The notes beneath the pieces were generated by a model. That model saw only the letters and a program-made list of their open reading frames with translations. It was not told where the DNA came from and did no database searches. A DNA stretch of 64,000 nt from sequence record PZ445435.1; one strand, 5' to 3'. This stretch comes from a phage. The first letter of the stretch is position 1. Each line of letters opens with the position of its first letter. The position numbers were made by a program, and so were the translations under genes. This document shows positions 48,120 to 58,090 of this stretch, in pieces.

Positions 48120-48443
48120 TTAGTCTTCTATGATATCTCTATCATATCCAAGTGAAATGAGAGTTTCTTTGAAGTGTTTAATGTTCTTTTGCCTAGAATC
48201 ATTAATGAAAATGACCGGATACCGAATATTAAGAGATGTGAATCCGGCGCGTTTGGCAAGAGATACAATCAGTGGACGATCATACTCAATCTTACCATTA
48301 TTAGTAAGAACTTTATAGAAAGTAAAAGGAGCATTGAGCTCCTTTAGAAGTTTTGTAACTGATTGACATCCAGGACAACGACCTACTTCATCTGGAATTC
48401 CATAGACTTCAATCTTATTCTTTAAGTTCGAGTTTTGTTCCAC
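48120..48443 (-). CDS. nrdH: glutaredoxin-like NrdH, proposed GTG start
   Basis: CPGC active site; proposed start GTG at 48443 with AAGGA RBS, overlapping upstream ORF; track ORF N-terminal 43 codons look non-coding. Confidence 0.55.
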   Translation of the reverse strand: MEQNSNLKNKIEVYGIPDEVGRCPGCQSVTKLLKELNAPFTFYKVLTNNGKIEYDRPLIVSLAKRAGFTSLNIRYPVIFINDSRQKNIKHFKETLISLGYDRDIIED

Positions 48444-48726
48444 GAGAAATAATTCCTTGGTAAGCCCAATAAGGAGGATTAACAGAATCCTCACCAGAGT
48501 TTTCTTCAGGAAAATAAACCTGGATAACGAAGCCGGATTCATCAAAGGTAAAATAAACCGTAGGCAGTTCACCTAACAAATCGGCACGAGCGTTGATTTC
48601 TTCGAGGTCTTGTTCACGTCCAGCCCAGAAGCTTGGGTTCAGACTACATTCATAGAAATAATAGTCATTACCGAACATATCAAAACCATTCCAACTCTCT
48701 ACTACATACCGCTCAAAACTAATCAT
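48415..48726 (-). CDS. hypothetical protein
   Basis: 103-aa ORF. Confidence 0.5.
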   Translation of the reverse strand: MISFERYVVESWNGFDMFGNDYYFYECSLNPSFWAGREQDLEEINARADLLGELPTVYFTFDESGFVIQVYFPEENSGEDSVNPPYWAYQGIISRGTKLELKE

Positions 48727-48728
48727 AA

Positions 48729-48944
48729 TTAATCCTTTTTATCAAGAACCGCATTCAGCTTGTTAGTAATTTTATCCAGACGCTCATTGAACTCACTAGA
48801 AGATAAGCCCTTTTCCGGAGAAATTAAACTAATCACGAAAAATACAACAATAAAAGGAATAAGAAAAATAGCTCCAACTGCCATAAACAGAAAGAACGTT
48901 ACAGTTGTAAGAAAATCAGCTAAACCTTTACGAAATTTATACAT
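48729..48944 (-). CDS. hypothetical membrane protein
   Basis: 71 aa, hydrophobic segment FFLFMAVGAIFLIPFIVVFFVISLI. Confidence 0.5.
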   Translation of the reverse strand: MYKFRKGLADFLTTVTFFLFMAVGAIFLIPFIVVFFVISLISPEKGLSSSEFNERLDKITNKLNAVLDKKD

Positions 48945-49059
48945 ATTTTACCCTTAATTGATTAACCAAGCATTGATAAGCACTAAACTATATTGCGAAT
49001 AAAATTCTGGACCAAAATGAAAAATCATATCATTTATAGTATCCATAATGCAATTCAAT

Positions 49060-49530
49060 TTAATCATGTTTCCACACCCCATCGGTATTTGACCAAAGTC
49101 GCTGATTATCTGATCCTCGCCACAGCTTTTTAGTCGGAAGATTTTTCTCATACTTCCCATCAATAATAACATCAACATATTTAAGCATTTCTAGTTGTTT
49201 AATATCTTCAAACTTATATCCTGTCCACAACCAAATGCTTTTATTGGGATAAAGATTTTTTACTGTTTGAACAATGCAATGAATAACATCTCGGTTATCA
49301 GGATAGAGAGGGTCTCCTCCAGTTATAGTCAATCCTTCTATATAATCATTATTCAAACATTCAATTAATTGTTCTAGCGTTTCACCGGTGAATGGAATAC
49401 CATTTCTAGCATTCCATGTTGATTTATTATAACACCCTTCACATTTATGCAAACAACCTGTAACGAAAAGAACGACCCTGCAACCAGGGCCATTCACAAA
49501 ATCGCAAGGATAAAATCTATCATAATTCAT
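49060..49530 (-). CDS. nrdG: anaerobic ribonucleotide reductase activase NrdG (radical SAM)
   Basis: 156 aa, Cys cluster CLHKCEGC. Confidence 0.85.
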   Translation of the reverse strand: MNYDRFYPCDFVNGPGCRVVLFVTGCLHKCEGCYNKSTWNARNGIPFTGETLEQLIECLNNDYIEGLTITGGDPLYPDNRDVIHCIVQTVKNLYPNKSIWLWTGYKFEDIKQLEMLKYVDVIIDGKYEKNLPTKKLWRGSDNQRLWSNTDGVWKHD

Positions 49531-51344
49531 TGGTGTTTAACCCTATGCATGATTTCTTTATTTTTACCGAGATTAAATCCGCGCTCGTTCGGATTTCCCA
49601 AATAACCACATGTTCTTCTTATGGTATTCATCTTTTTAGGATCAGTTTCTCCACAAATAGAACAAACAAATCCGTTTTCAGTAGGAGTCATTTCATGGGT
49701 ACTTCCGCATGTAAAACATTTATCTACTGGCATATTAACACCAAAATAATCTAAATGTTGTGCAGCATAATCCCATACGGCCTCAAGACCTTTTAAGTTA
49801 TTTTTCATATCAGGAAGTTCAACATAAGAAATGTGACCACCTGTCGCAATGAAATGATATGGCGCTTCACGGGAAATCTTTTCAAACGGAGTAATATTTT
49901 CTTCTACTGAAACATGGAAACTGTTAGTGTACCAACCTTTATCGGTAACATCTTTTACGCTTCCATATTTTTCTGTATCGAGTTTACAGAAGCGATAACA
50001 AAGGTTTTCAGCAGGAGTCGAATATAAACTAAAAGCAAATCCGGTTCTTTCAGTCCACTGTTTAAGATGAGCATTCATTTTAGTTAAAATTTCTCGTCCA
50101 ATATCACGACCGACAAGAATATTCAATTCGTGAATACCAATGTATCCTAAAGACACTGAACTTCTACCGTTTTTAAATAACTCAATTATGTCGTCATCAG
50201 GTTTAAGACGAACCCCGAATGCACCTTCTTGGTAAAGAATAGGAGCAACAGTAGCTTTAACTCCTTTTAAGGAACTAATTCTACACATCAAAGCTTCAAA
50301 ACACAAATCCATTCGTTCATTGAACAATTCAACAAATTTCTGTTCATTGAATTGTGTTCCAATATAAGAATCTAACGCGATACGAGGAAGATTCAGTGTT
50401 ACAACACCGAGATTATTACGTCCATCAAGAATTTCATTGCCAGTCGAATCTTTCCATACGCCCAAGAAACTACGACAACCCATTGGAGAAACAGGAATAG
50501 ATGAGCCGGTGATAGCTTTATTGTTCTTAGCTGAAATAATATCAGGATACATTCTTTTGCTTGCGCACTCTAGAGCAAGCTGTTTAATATCATAGTTCGG
50601 ATCGTCTTTATAAAGATTAACACCTTCTTCAACAAACATAACAAGTTTAGGGAAAATAGGAGTTATCCCATCACGACCAAGACCTTTAATACGATTTTTC
50701 AGAATTGCTTTCTGAATCATTCGTTCAGTCCAGTCAGTTCCCGTACCAAATGTAATTGTTACAAAAGGCGTTTGTCCGTTTGAACTAAAGAGAGTATTTA
50801 CTTCATATTCATAAGCTTGGAATGCATCGTATACATCTTTTTCTGTTTTAGATTGAGCATAATTCAGTGCATCGGCGATTTGCCATTTTTCTGCATCCTC
50901 AATATGTTTTGCATAGGTGCGTTTAACATAAGGAGAAAGTACTTTATCTACATTAGCAAAAGTCGTTCCGCCGTATTGATGGGAAGCAACCTGTGCAGTA
51001 ATTTGTGCCATAATTGCAGTAGCAACTCCAATTGATTTAGGAGTTTCAATCTGCGCATTACCAAGCTTAAATCCATTCTCAAGCATTCCTTTTAAATCTA
51101 CTAAACAACAATTAGTAAATGGAAGAGCAGGGGAATAATCAATATCGTGGAAATGGATAATTCCGCTTTCATGCGCTTTCATAATAAAAGACGGGACCAT
51201 ATTTTTGGCAATGTGTTTAGACACAATACCAGCCATAAGGTCCCGTTGAGTTGGAAAAACACGAGAATCTTTATTAGCATTCTCGTTTAAAAGGTCTTTA
51301 TTAGTTTTATGAATCAATCCTTCAATTTCTTTTTCAATTGTCAT
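49527..51344 (-). CDS. nrdD: anaerobic ribonucleotide reductase NrdD, uninterrupted
   Basis: 605 aa, C-terminal zinc-ribbon CFTCGS...CSICG and glycyl-radical region; no intron. Confidence 0.9.
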   Translation of the reverse strand: MTIEKEIEGLIHKTNKDLLNENANKDSRVFPTQRDLMAGIVSKHIAKNMVPSFIMKAHESGIIHFHDIDYSPALPFTNCCLVDLKGMLENGFKLGNAQIETPKSIGVATAIMAQITAQVASHQYGGTTFANVDKVLSPYVKRTYAKHIEDAEKWQIADALNYAQSKTEKDVYDAFQAYEYEVNTLFSSNGQTPFVTITFGTGTDWTERMIQKAILKNRIKGLGRDGITPIFPKLVMFVEEGVNLYKDDPNYDIKQLALECASKRMYPDIISAKNNKAITGSSIPVSPMGCRSFLGVWKDSTGNEILDGRNNLGVVTLNLPRIALDSYIGTQFNEQKFVELFNERMDLCFEALMCRISSLKGVKATVAPILYQEGAFGVRLKPDDDIIELFKNGRSSVSLGYIGIHELNILVGRDIGREILTKMNAHLKQWTERTGFAFSLYSTPAENLCYRFCKLDTEKYGSVKDVTDKGWYTNSFHVSVEENITPFEKISREAPYHFIATGGHISYVELPDMKNNLKGLEAVWDYAAQHLDYFGVNMPVDKCFTCGSTHEMTPTENGFVCSICGETDPKKMNTIRRTCGYLGNPNERGFNLGKNKEIMHRVKHQ

Positions 51345-51814
51345 TTTAAACTCTTTCTAAGCTGCTTCTTGAATGAAGCTATTAACTGTGTTTTGGTGTC
51401 AGATTCATTATATTCAAATCCTCTTTGAAGCATCTCGGCCATCATTTCCTCTTTTCCTAAACGAGAAAATTCCTTTGATTTATCTCCAACAAAGTTAGGG
51501 TGAATATTATTTTGGGTGTAATCGGATTTTAAATAAGTAAGTAAATTTTCTAACCATTCAAGATAATCAACACCTTGTCCCTTTAAGCCAGAACGATTAA
51601 ATTTATGCTTCATTTGACCTTCTGCGGCATTGCAGAGATTACAAAGCAATCCACGTACCTTTCCAGCTTTCGGTCCGTTTAATTCATGGTCATGGTCGAG
51701 GTGATTAGCTTGAACATCAGGATTTAGTTCTCGTTGGCAAATTAAGCATTTACCGTTTTGCGCATCATAAAATTTCTGTTTTTCTTCTTTATATAATTTG
51801 CCAGTCAATAACAT
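51341..51814 (-). CDS. 49: endonuclease VII gp49 (Holliday junction resolvase)
   Basis: 157 aa, zinc-binding CLIC...HLDHDHELNGPKAGKVRGLLCNLCN; size matches. Confidence 0.85.
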   Translation of the reverse strand: MLLTGKLYKEEKQKFYDAQNGKCLICQRELNPDVQANHLDHDHELNGPKAGKVRGLLCNLCNAAEGQMKHKFNRSGLKGQGVDYLEWLENLLTYLKSDYTQNNIHPNFVGDKSKEFSRLGKEEMMAEMLQRGFEYNESDTKTQLIASFKKQLRKSLK

Positions 51815-51855
51815 AATAAACCCTTACCTTAAATAGATAAGGGTATTTATTATTT

Positions 51856-52341
51856 TCAAGTATTGTAAAACATTTGATTCAATCGCTTATATTGCCGAAT
51901 CTTTTGGTCAGAAAAAGAAATTTGGGTTTCAAGCCATTCAATATATTCTGCCGCAGCTTGCATCAAATTTCCTTCATAGCCATCGTTATTTTCTTGTGCA
52001 GCTAATTTAGCTAATGCGTATGAAATACGTTCACCTTGAAAATCGGCTTTAGGCTTCTGAACAACTTGATTAGTTCGCTCTACAACTTCTTCAATTTCGT
52101 CATTTTCAACGGATTCAGTATTCCACAAGCACCAATACGTAATTGGCTTATCGTAGATGTTAATAATTTTTCCATCAGAAAGTTCAATTTCAATAATTCC
52201 AGTATCAGATTCTATATCATCTTCACATTCTTTTGCAAGTTCACGAACTTTAAAGACAGTACCTGCACTAAGTTCCGGCCAGTAATTACATAGCCCTGTA
52301 TCAGCACGATTAATTCTAAACCACTTATCTACTGTAATCAT
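51856..52341 (-). CDS. pin: Pin-position protein (Lon protease inhibitor assigned by position)
   Basis: Start taken at MITVDKWF (161 aa). Confidence 0.55.
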   Translation of the reverse strand: MITVDKWFRINRADTGLCNYWPELSAGTVFKVRELAKECEDDIESDTGIIEIELSDGKIINIYDKPITYWCLWNTESVENDEIEEVVERTNQVVQKPKADFQGERISYALAKLAAQENNDGYEGNLMQAAAEYIEWLETQISFSDQKIRQYKRLNQMFYNT

Positions 52342-52463
52342 GTCCCATCTCCATATCAATTAAGTCATTTATCGTTGGTTCATTATACACCGTTTCTTCA
52401 TCAGTGTAAACCGGTTCTTCCGGCTCTGGCTCTACAGTTTCCCATCTAGCCGCCCACCAAGGT

Positions 52464-52673
52464 TTAACCCCGAAGCTTATTAAGTTCTTCATAATCAATC
52501 CAGGATTCTAATCCTGATGGCAAATCAGATTCAATTTCCCAAAGAAGTTCTTCAATTTTCTGAAGACGATCTAGTTCTTCGGCTGGAATAGTAACCATTG
52601 ACGGAGCTCGTGATACACTAATATCGTAAATCATATTTACCCCAGTTTGACCATGCAATCGCCGTATTTCCAC
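52464..52673 (-). CDS. hypothetical protein
   Basis: 69-aa ORF. Confidence 0.45.
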   Translation of the reverse strand: MEIRRLHGQTGVNMIYDISVSRAPSMVTIPAEELDRLQKIEELLWEIESDLPSGLESWIDYEELNKLRG

Positions 52674-52852
52674 TTAGAAATAGACTTTTCACCGTTAGAA
52701 TAATAAACTTCGAGTTTAGCACGATTATTTTTAATTTGAATAACCTTGGCTGTCATCAAAGTTCCATACCCATAGTAAACTGCAACTTCATCACCTACAT
52801 ATACCGCGCTTCCGCGGTAATCGTGAATATAGTCAGTTCCTTCGAGCATCAT
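52637..52852 (-). CDS. hypothetical protein
   Basis: 71-aa ORF. Confidence 0.45.
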   Translation of the reverse strand: MMLEGTDYIHDYRGSAVYVGDEVAVYYGYGTLMTAKVIQIKNNRAKLEVYYSNGEKSISKWKYGDCMVKLG

Positions 52853-53112
52853 TTAAAATATTCTCGCAGTTGGTCAAATCCACCAATATGACTTCCATCA
52901 GGAGCAAATACCTGAGGCATTGTCAAGCCGATTTGAGTATCACGACCTAGTTTCGTTAGAAGCTCAGCGATTTTCTCATCATCAAAAACACCTTTTTCCG
53001 GCATAATGTTGATAAATTCAAATGGCTGTTTCTTCACGGTCAAAAGACGTTTTGCATTATCGCAATACACACATTTGTGGATGTTGCTATCATAGCCATA
53101 TACTTTAAACAT
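52849..53112 (-). CDS. nrdC: thioredoxin/glutaredoxin NrdC
   Basis: 87 aa, MFKVYGYDSNIHKCVYCDNAKRLL with CVYC active site. Confidence 0.85.
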   Translation of the reverse strand: MFKVYGYDSNIHKCVYCDNAKRLLTVKKQPFEFINIMPEKGVFDDEKIAELLTKLGRDTQIGLTMPQVFAPDGSHIGGFDQLREYFK

Positions 53113-53113
53113 A

Positions 53114-53356
53114 TTATTCCTTAATTCCTAGTACTTGTTTAAAAGTCTCGTCGTAATCAAGACTTTGGCCCGTTTGTTCTTTATGTTTGTATATAATATC
53201 ACTTACTTCTGATAGCATATTTTTATATGAACGAGTTAAAGCAGATTTAAGCACGCTGTATCTATCAGGAAATTTACCATGTTCATTATAATAAGCTATT
53301 GCTAATTCACGGACTGCCTTTTCAGCAGCCTCCATATATTCTTTACGCTTGGTCAT
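53114..53356 (-). CDS. hypothetical protein
   Basis: Start refined to [13 protein letters not shown] (80 aa). Confidence 0.45.
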   Translation of the reverse strand: MTKRKEYMEAAEKAVRELAIAYYNEHGKFPDRYSVLKSALTRSYKNMLSEVSDIIYKHKEQTGQSLDYDETFKQVLGIKE

Positions 53357-53660
53357 TTTCTTCTCGGTCAAATCGGTGTTTACAATGGCGGCATTTATAA
53401 CGAAGATTACTAGTCTGCCAATGGACCAATTGCACCTGTTCAGTTCCACATTCAGGGCAATTAGGAACGTTTTTAGAAGCCCTTTCGCGACGTTTAACCA
53501 TAGCCATAATGGCATCCCATGCTGGAGGTTTAAAATCTAAATCGTCACAACCATGAATCTTTCCACGCATTTCCATATCATCTTCCTCACCAGCCATAAT
53601 AATTTTAATTAAACTGGAATTACTTGAAGCTGCAATGTCTTCTAATAGACGCTTTTTCAT
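53343..53660 (-). CDS. zinc-ribbon protein
   Basis: 105 aa, CPECG...CRHCKH. Confidence 0.5.
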   Translation of the reverse strand: MKKRLLEDIAASSNSSLIKIIMAGEEDDMEMRGKIHGCDDLDFKPPAWDAIMAMVKRRERASKNVPNCPECGTEQVQLVHWQTSNLRYKCRHCKHRFDREENDQA

Positions 53661-54586
53661 TTCAATACCTCAATAGCATTACGTAAACCATTTGCTTTTG
53701 CATTAAGAGCTTTTAACAATTTGGTGTGTTCTGCAATTTGGGCTTCAACTTCAATCAAACGAGCATTGAGATATTCGCGTTCTTCACTCAGATTATCAAC
53801 CTTTTCTACTTTAGGCTCTTTTACAACTGTCTTATATGTATTAGGGTTCTTCAGTTTAATTAGAATGCGTGAACTGTATAACATTGAACCATTATCTTCG
53901 GTTTCGTCATACATTTCTACTACATCCATAATTTTTAACATCATGCGGAGTTTATAAGACAACGAACGAATAGTTTTGTTGTGCTTATTAATTTCTTTAG
54001 CTGTCATGGTGCCGAGATTACGTGAGTAATAATAAGGAACCTGGATATTAATTAATACTGATGAACCACCTGGCTTGTGTGTTACTTCATCAGCAATAAC
54101 CCAATCCTTAACATGAACTGTATTTGTACGGTCATCGCCCGCGGTAAATAGTTTGCGAGCATGCTTAAAAAGCATATTCACTTGGTCATTGAATTGACAA
54201 GCAAATTTATCAGCAAATTTAGTTTCAGGAATGGTAGATAACCAATCAGCCAAATGAGTCTTTTTAACATCGTTAACAATAGTAAATTCAACCAAATCGG
54301 TTATAGATGTCTCAGATTTAATAAAGCTCGGCTTCATAAAGTTTTTAATGTTATCGCGAGCTACAGTAGAAGATAACATACGAGAACGTTTAAACCATTC
54401 AAGCAAATTGCCTAACGAATGAGAATAAGCGTTTTGAGTATCTTTACAGATATGATTTTCCTGGCCAACATATTGAAGGAAATCACGAAGAATATTATTG
54501 ATTACTGCTCTGTGTCCTATCTGATAATTACGATGTTTAGTAATAAGACTGTCAAAATAATCAATATAATGTTTACGAGTTTTCAT
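53657..54586 (-). CDS. paralog family member A (coiled-coil C-terminus)
   Basis: 309 aa; N-terminus MKTRKHYIDYFDSLI, mid-block KIMDVVEMYD, C-terminal heptad-rich tail. Confidence 0.6.
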   Translation of the reverse strand: MKTRKHYIDYFDSLITKHRNYQIGHRAVINNILRDFLQYVGQENHICKDTQNAYSHSLGNLLEWFKRSRMLSSTVARDNIKNFMKPSFIKSETSITDLVEFTIVNDVKKTHLADWLSTIPETKFADKFACQFNDQVNMLFKHARKLFTAGDDRTNTVHVKDWVIADEVTHKPGGSSVLINIQVPYYYSRNLGTMTAKEINKHNKTIRSLSYKLRMMLKIMDVVEMYDETEDNGSMLYSSRILIKLKNPNTYKTVVKEPKVEKVDNLSEEREYLNARLIEVEAQIAEHTKLLKALNAKANGLRNAIEVLK

Positions 54587-54638
54587 GTTCTTCTCACTTG
54601 GTTAATGATTTATGCTCCGAGCCATCCTTGGCTTTAAA

Positions 54639-55640
54639 TTACTTAATTAACTGTAAAGCTTGTTCAAGACGATCCAAGCGATTGACAGATTCTTCCCAAA
54701 TCTTTTTAGCCTGCTCATATTCTTTCTGCGCTTTATTAGAAATTTCTAGAACTTCTTTATAAGCTTTTTCTAATGCAATAACTTCTGGACGAATTTCTGC
54801 CGGTTCAGGCGAATCATCAAGATTATCCATTAGTTCCTCAAGGGTAGTTTCTTCTTTAGAAGTATTCACAATTTCCTCACATTTTTGTTGATAAATTTCT
54901 TTATCAGTAGGTGAATAAGCACATTTCACTTCACGAAGACTAATTACAATTTTATATCCTTCCCATCCGCATATATTCTTAAAAGGATATGTATGAATAT
55001 TTTCTACTGTTTCCATACAAAGTAATGCAGTCTCTAACTGACGAGTTATAGTGCTAGCAATTGAGAAAAATTTATTAATATTCTTTTGGTTAGCGTTTGG
55101 TGTAAAAAATCCATAATTCACAAAAATAGCTACTTTATTTTCATCAAGCTCATATTCTTTTACGATAATCATATCAGAAGCCAAAGGATGAATTTGACGA
55201 TAATCGCCATAACATAATTTAGAAGCTGATTTTAGAATTTGTCCTTTGAAAAGTCTGAAATTACTAATCCAACGACGAGTAAAAATATTCTCAGGGTCTT
55301 CTTTATTATTAAGATGATAAGAATTAACATCACCGAACCAATTATATCCTACTACATCTTTGGTTCGTTTAATTTCTTTCCCAAAATTACCAAGAATATC
55401 CCGATTAACTAAATATGAAAGAAGACGAGACTCTTTAAAGGTTTTCTTGATAACATCTTTATCTACACGGCTAGAAATTTTACGAATTTCATGAATAAAT
55501 TTAGTAGAAGAAACAATACTTGCATCAACACTATTGAGCCATTGATTGATAATAGAAAGAACGATATTTTGACCAAACATCGGTATAGCTTTATCATCAA
55601 TAACGCTATTGAATGATTTGATATATTCGTTACGAGTCAT
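54639..55640 (-). CDS. paralog family member B
   Basis: Start refined to MTRNEYIKSFNSVI (about 333 aa), which aligns with the N-terminus of A; C-terminal coiled coil. Confidence 0.6.
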   Translation of the reverse strand: MTRNEYIKSFNSVIDDKAIPMFGQNIVLSIINQWLNSVDASIVSSTKFIHEIRKISSRVDKDVIKKTFKESRLLSYLVNRDILGNFGKEIKRTKDVVGYNWFGDVNSYHLNNKEDPENIFTRRWISNFRLFKGQILKSASKLCYGDYRQIHPLASDMIIVKEYELDENKVAIFVNYGFFTPNANQKNINKFFSIASTITRQLETALLCMETVENIHTYPFKNICGWEGYKIVISLREVKCAYSPTDKEIYQQKCEEIVNTSKEETTLEELMDNLDDSPEPAEIRPEVIALEKAYKEVLEISNKAQKEYEQAKKIWEESVNRLDRLEQALQLIK

Positions 55641-55668
55641 ATTAATCTCCTCATTAGAAAGTAAGAAC

Positions 55669-55698
55669 ATTATACCACATCCTTGTGGCGAAGTAAAC
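55669..55698 (-). promoter_or_regulatory. early promoter inside the paralog array
   Basis: Minus strand GTTTAC-CCACAAGGATGTGG-TATAAT. Confidence 0.5.
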
Positions 55699-56723
55699 TA
55701 GTTTAGTGCATTTAGTGCATTGTTCAGTTTAGAACGTTGCTTTGTCAGATTTTGAACCCTTGACTGAGCTTGTTCTAACACCTTTTCAGCTTCTAGCACT
55801 TCATTGGTCGCTTTAACGAGTTCATCATCTACTGCCTTAAGAGACTTCTCAATCGCGTCAGCGTGCCATTTTTCTACAGGTTTAAGACTCGGATTTTCAA
55901 CAGGAAGAAAATTCACTTTATTGAATTTCCATGCATCATTATTACCTGAACTATACATCCAAAATTTAGAATCGTTTGATGAGTAATTGGATAAATTTAA
56001 ATTTAAGTTATCTTGCACTTCTTGCTTTTTCTCTTGCGGGACTTCGTCCTTTCTCAAAAAATCGTATTTAAATGAAACGATCATATCAAGTTCATATGTT
56101 GTCGTATCTAACTTAAATCGTTCAAAACGAGGTAAAATCTTAGATTGAACAGCAGCAACAACATCCATATACTTAAATGCTTCTGTCAACTGCGATTTAA
56201 GGCATTCACAAATTGAAAGAGAATTTTTTGTATTAGGTTTAAAGCTAATTCGTGCAGTTCTATTATTTTCTTTTAACGGTCTTACTTCCATCTGAAGAGT
56301 ATAACCATCAAATTTCAGATTCTTTAAGTTAATATCAGAGCCTTTTAATCGACTAGCAGTAGACAAAATTTGCTTTAATTGTTTACGAAATAGAGCAATA
56401 AATCTCCATTCAATACGATAATGATTTGGATTAAAAAATCCTGTTGATAAATCAACCTTACTCTGACCAACGCCTTGAACAAATAGAGGATTTTTATAAT
56501 CAATAGTTTTACAGAAATCGGTGAGCTGCTCACGAGCAGTCATTTGTGTAATATATCCCGCTTTACTAAAATGACATAACCATTCACTGCTATTCATATA
56601 CTTAAAGTGAATATCACGATTAACTTTATCAGGGTCTAAATTATTTTGGCACAAAAATGTCATAACATTACGGGTATAGCTGGCATTACGAACCATATCT
56701 TCAATTTGAGAACGAGTTTTCAT
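55698..56723 (-). CDS. paralog family member C
   Basis: 341 aa; N-terminus MKTRSQIEDMV, mid-block KYMDVVAAV, C-terminal coiled coil. Confidence 0.6.
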   Translation of the reverse strand: MKTRSQIEDMVRNASYTRNVMTFLCQNNLDPDKVNRDIHFKYMNSSEWLCHFSKAGYITQMTAREQLTDFCKTIDYKNPLFVQGVGQSKVDLSTGFFNPNHYRIEWRFIALFRKQLKQILSTASRLKGSDINLKNLKFDGYTLQMEVRPLKENNRTARISFKPNTKNSLSICECLKSQLTEAFKYMDVVAAVQSKILPRFERFKLDTTTYELDMIVSFKYDFLRKDEVPQEKKQEVQDNLNLNLSNYSSNDSKFWMYSSGNNDAWKFNKVNFLPVENPSLKPVEKWHADAIEKSLKAVDDELVKATNEVLEAEKVLEQAQSRVQNLTKQRSKLNNALNALN

Positions 56724-56731
56724 AGTGTTCC

Positions 56732-57640
56732 TTAAGATTTAAGTAAATCAACAATTTTAATTAATTTTTCACGCTCAGATTTAGCTTTACTACTCAATCC
56801 AGATAGTCTGAAAATTTCATCGTCATACTGTTGAATAGAAATATTCAGCTCTTCAATTTGCTTATTAAAATAATCAATTTGCTCAGAATGTTTTTCATTA
56901 CTGCGAACTGGTACAGGTTTTGTAGGCAATTTAGTTAAACTGGATTCATCCGGGCGATAAATTAAAATGCAATTTGAACCAATCGGGCATTTAGCACCAG
57001 ACACATATTCTAATGTTCCGGCTTCTTTTAAAACTTCAAAAGCTAAACAGAGATGATGCCCCATATTAACATAATCTGTAGAGTGAGCTCTGATGTAATA
57101 ATCATCTCCACGAATACTAAATTTAAAGCATTTAAGGTCTTCTGTATTATTGGTCTTAAAAATCATTTGTTTATCTAGACCTTTAGCTAATCGAGCGCCT
57201 AATGCTAATAATCGGCGTTGATTTTCCCACAAATCCGCAATCATTTGATCGAATGATAATTTCGGCATTAGTCGACCATAAAGGTCATATCCTTTATTAT
57301 AATTGCGAAGGATTTCACTCGCATTAATACGAGACAACGCTCCAATTTTATTAAGGGCTTTCATGATGCGATTAGATAAACCCATTCCAGACCCGTTTGT
57401 TCGTTGTAAATGTTTATCTAATCCAAACCCAATATCAACTTTAAATTTATCTAAAATTTCAGCATGAACATCTCTGTCAATAACATTCAAATCCAAAGTT
57501 GGGTTAAATCTATGAAAAAATTTATCTGGCTCTCCACGACGAAGTACAGTCCATTCATTCAATTTTTTATTAACTAAAGATTTAATTACTGCATTGACAT
57601 TATTAATTACTACTGACATATTTTCCTCACTCAATTTCAA
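56732..57640 (-). CDS. paralog family member D (divergent)
   Basis: 302 aa; C-terminal coiled coil IEELNISIQQYDDEIFRL. Confidence 0.55.
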   Translation of the reverse strand: MKLSEENMSVVINNVNAVIKSLVNKKLNEWTVLRRGEPDKFFHRFNPTLDLNVIDRDVHAEILDKFKVDIGFGLDKHLQRTNGSGMGLSNRIMKALNKIGALSRINASEILRNYNKGYDLYGRLMPKLSFDQMIADLWENQRRLLALGARLAKGLDKQMIFKTNNTEDLKCFKFSIRGDDYYIRAHSTDYVNMGHHLCLAFEVLKEAGTLEYVSGAKCPIGSNCILIYRPDESSLTKLPTKPVPVRSNEKHSEQIDYFNKQIEELNISIQQYDDEIFRLSGLSSKAKSEREKLIKIVDLLKS

Positions 57641-58034
57641 TTTTACTAAATATACAGAATAAGATGGAACAGACTATATAAGCACCACACACAGATTGAA
57701 CTAATACCATTCCAAAGAACCAAACAATATTATCAAACAATGTCTGTTTTACGTCGAAAGGACGTAAACTTACAGTAATATTATCACCTTTTTCTATTGA
57801 AGAATACATCTCTGGGGAAATATATTCACTAAATCTATAACCGTCTTTGAGTTCATATACAGCAATAAACGATAAACTAGACCCCTTTCCTTGAGTTCCT
57901 GTAAGGGTATTAACTACAGTAACATCATAATCTTTATAATGCATATAATCATTAATAGCATAATAACCATATGCAATTACTATACATAAACAACATATCA
58001 ATAAATTCAATCTTTTAATTATCAACTGTTTCAT
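57627..58034 (-). CDS. two-pass membrane protein
   Basis: 135 aa; N-terminal and C-terminal hydrophobic helices around a hydrophilic domain. Confidence 0.55.
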   Translation of the reverse strand: MKQLIIKRLNLLICCLCIVIAYGYYAINDYMHYKDYDVTVVNTLTGTQGKGSSLSFIAVYELKDGYRFSEYISPEMYSSIEKGDNITVSLRPFDVKQTLFDNIVWFFGMVLVQSVCGAYIVCSILFCIFSKIEIE

Positions 58035-58063
58035 AATAATCTCAATTAAAAGGGCTTAGAACC

Positions 58064-58090
58064 ATTATACCATCCTTGGTATAAAGCGGT
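58064..58090 (-). promoter_or_regulatory. middle-type promoter (MotA-box-like) heading the membrane protein and paralog operon
   Basis: Minus strand GCTTTATA-10nt-TATAAT. Confidence 0.4.
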
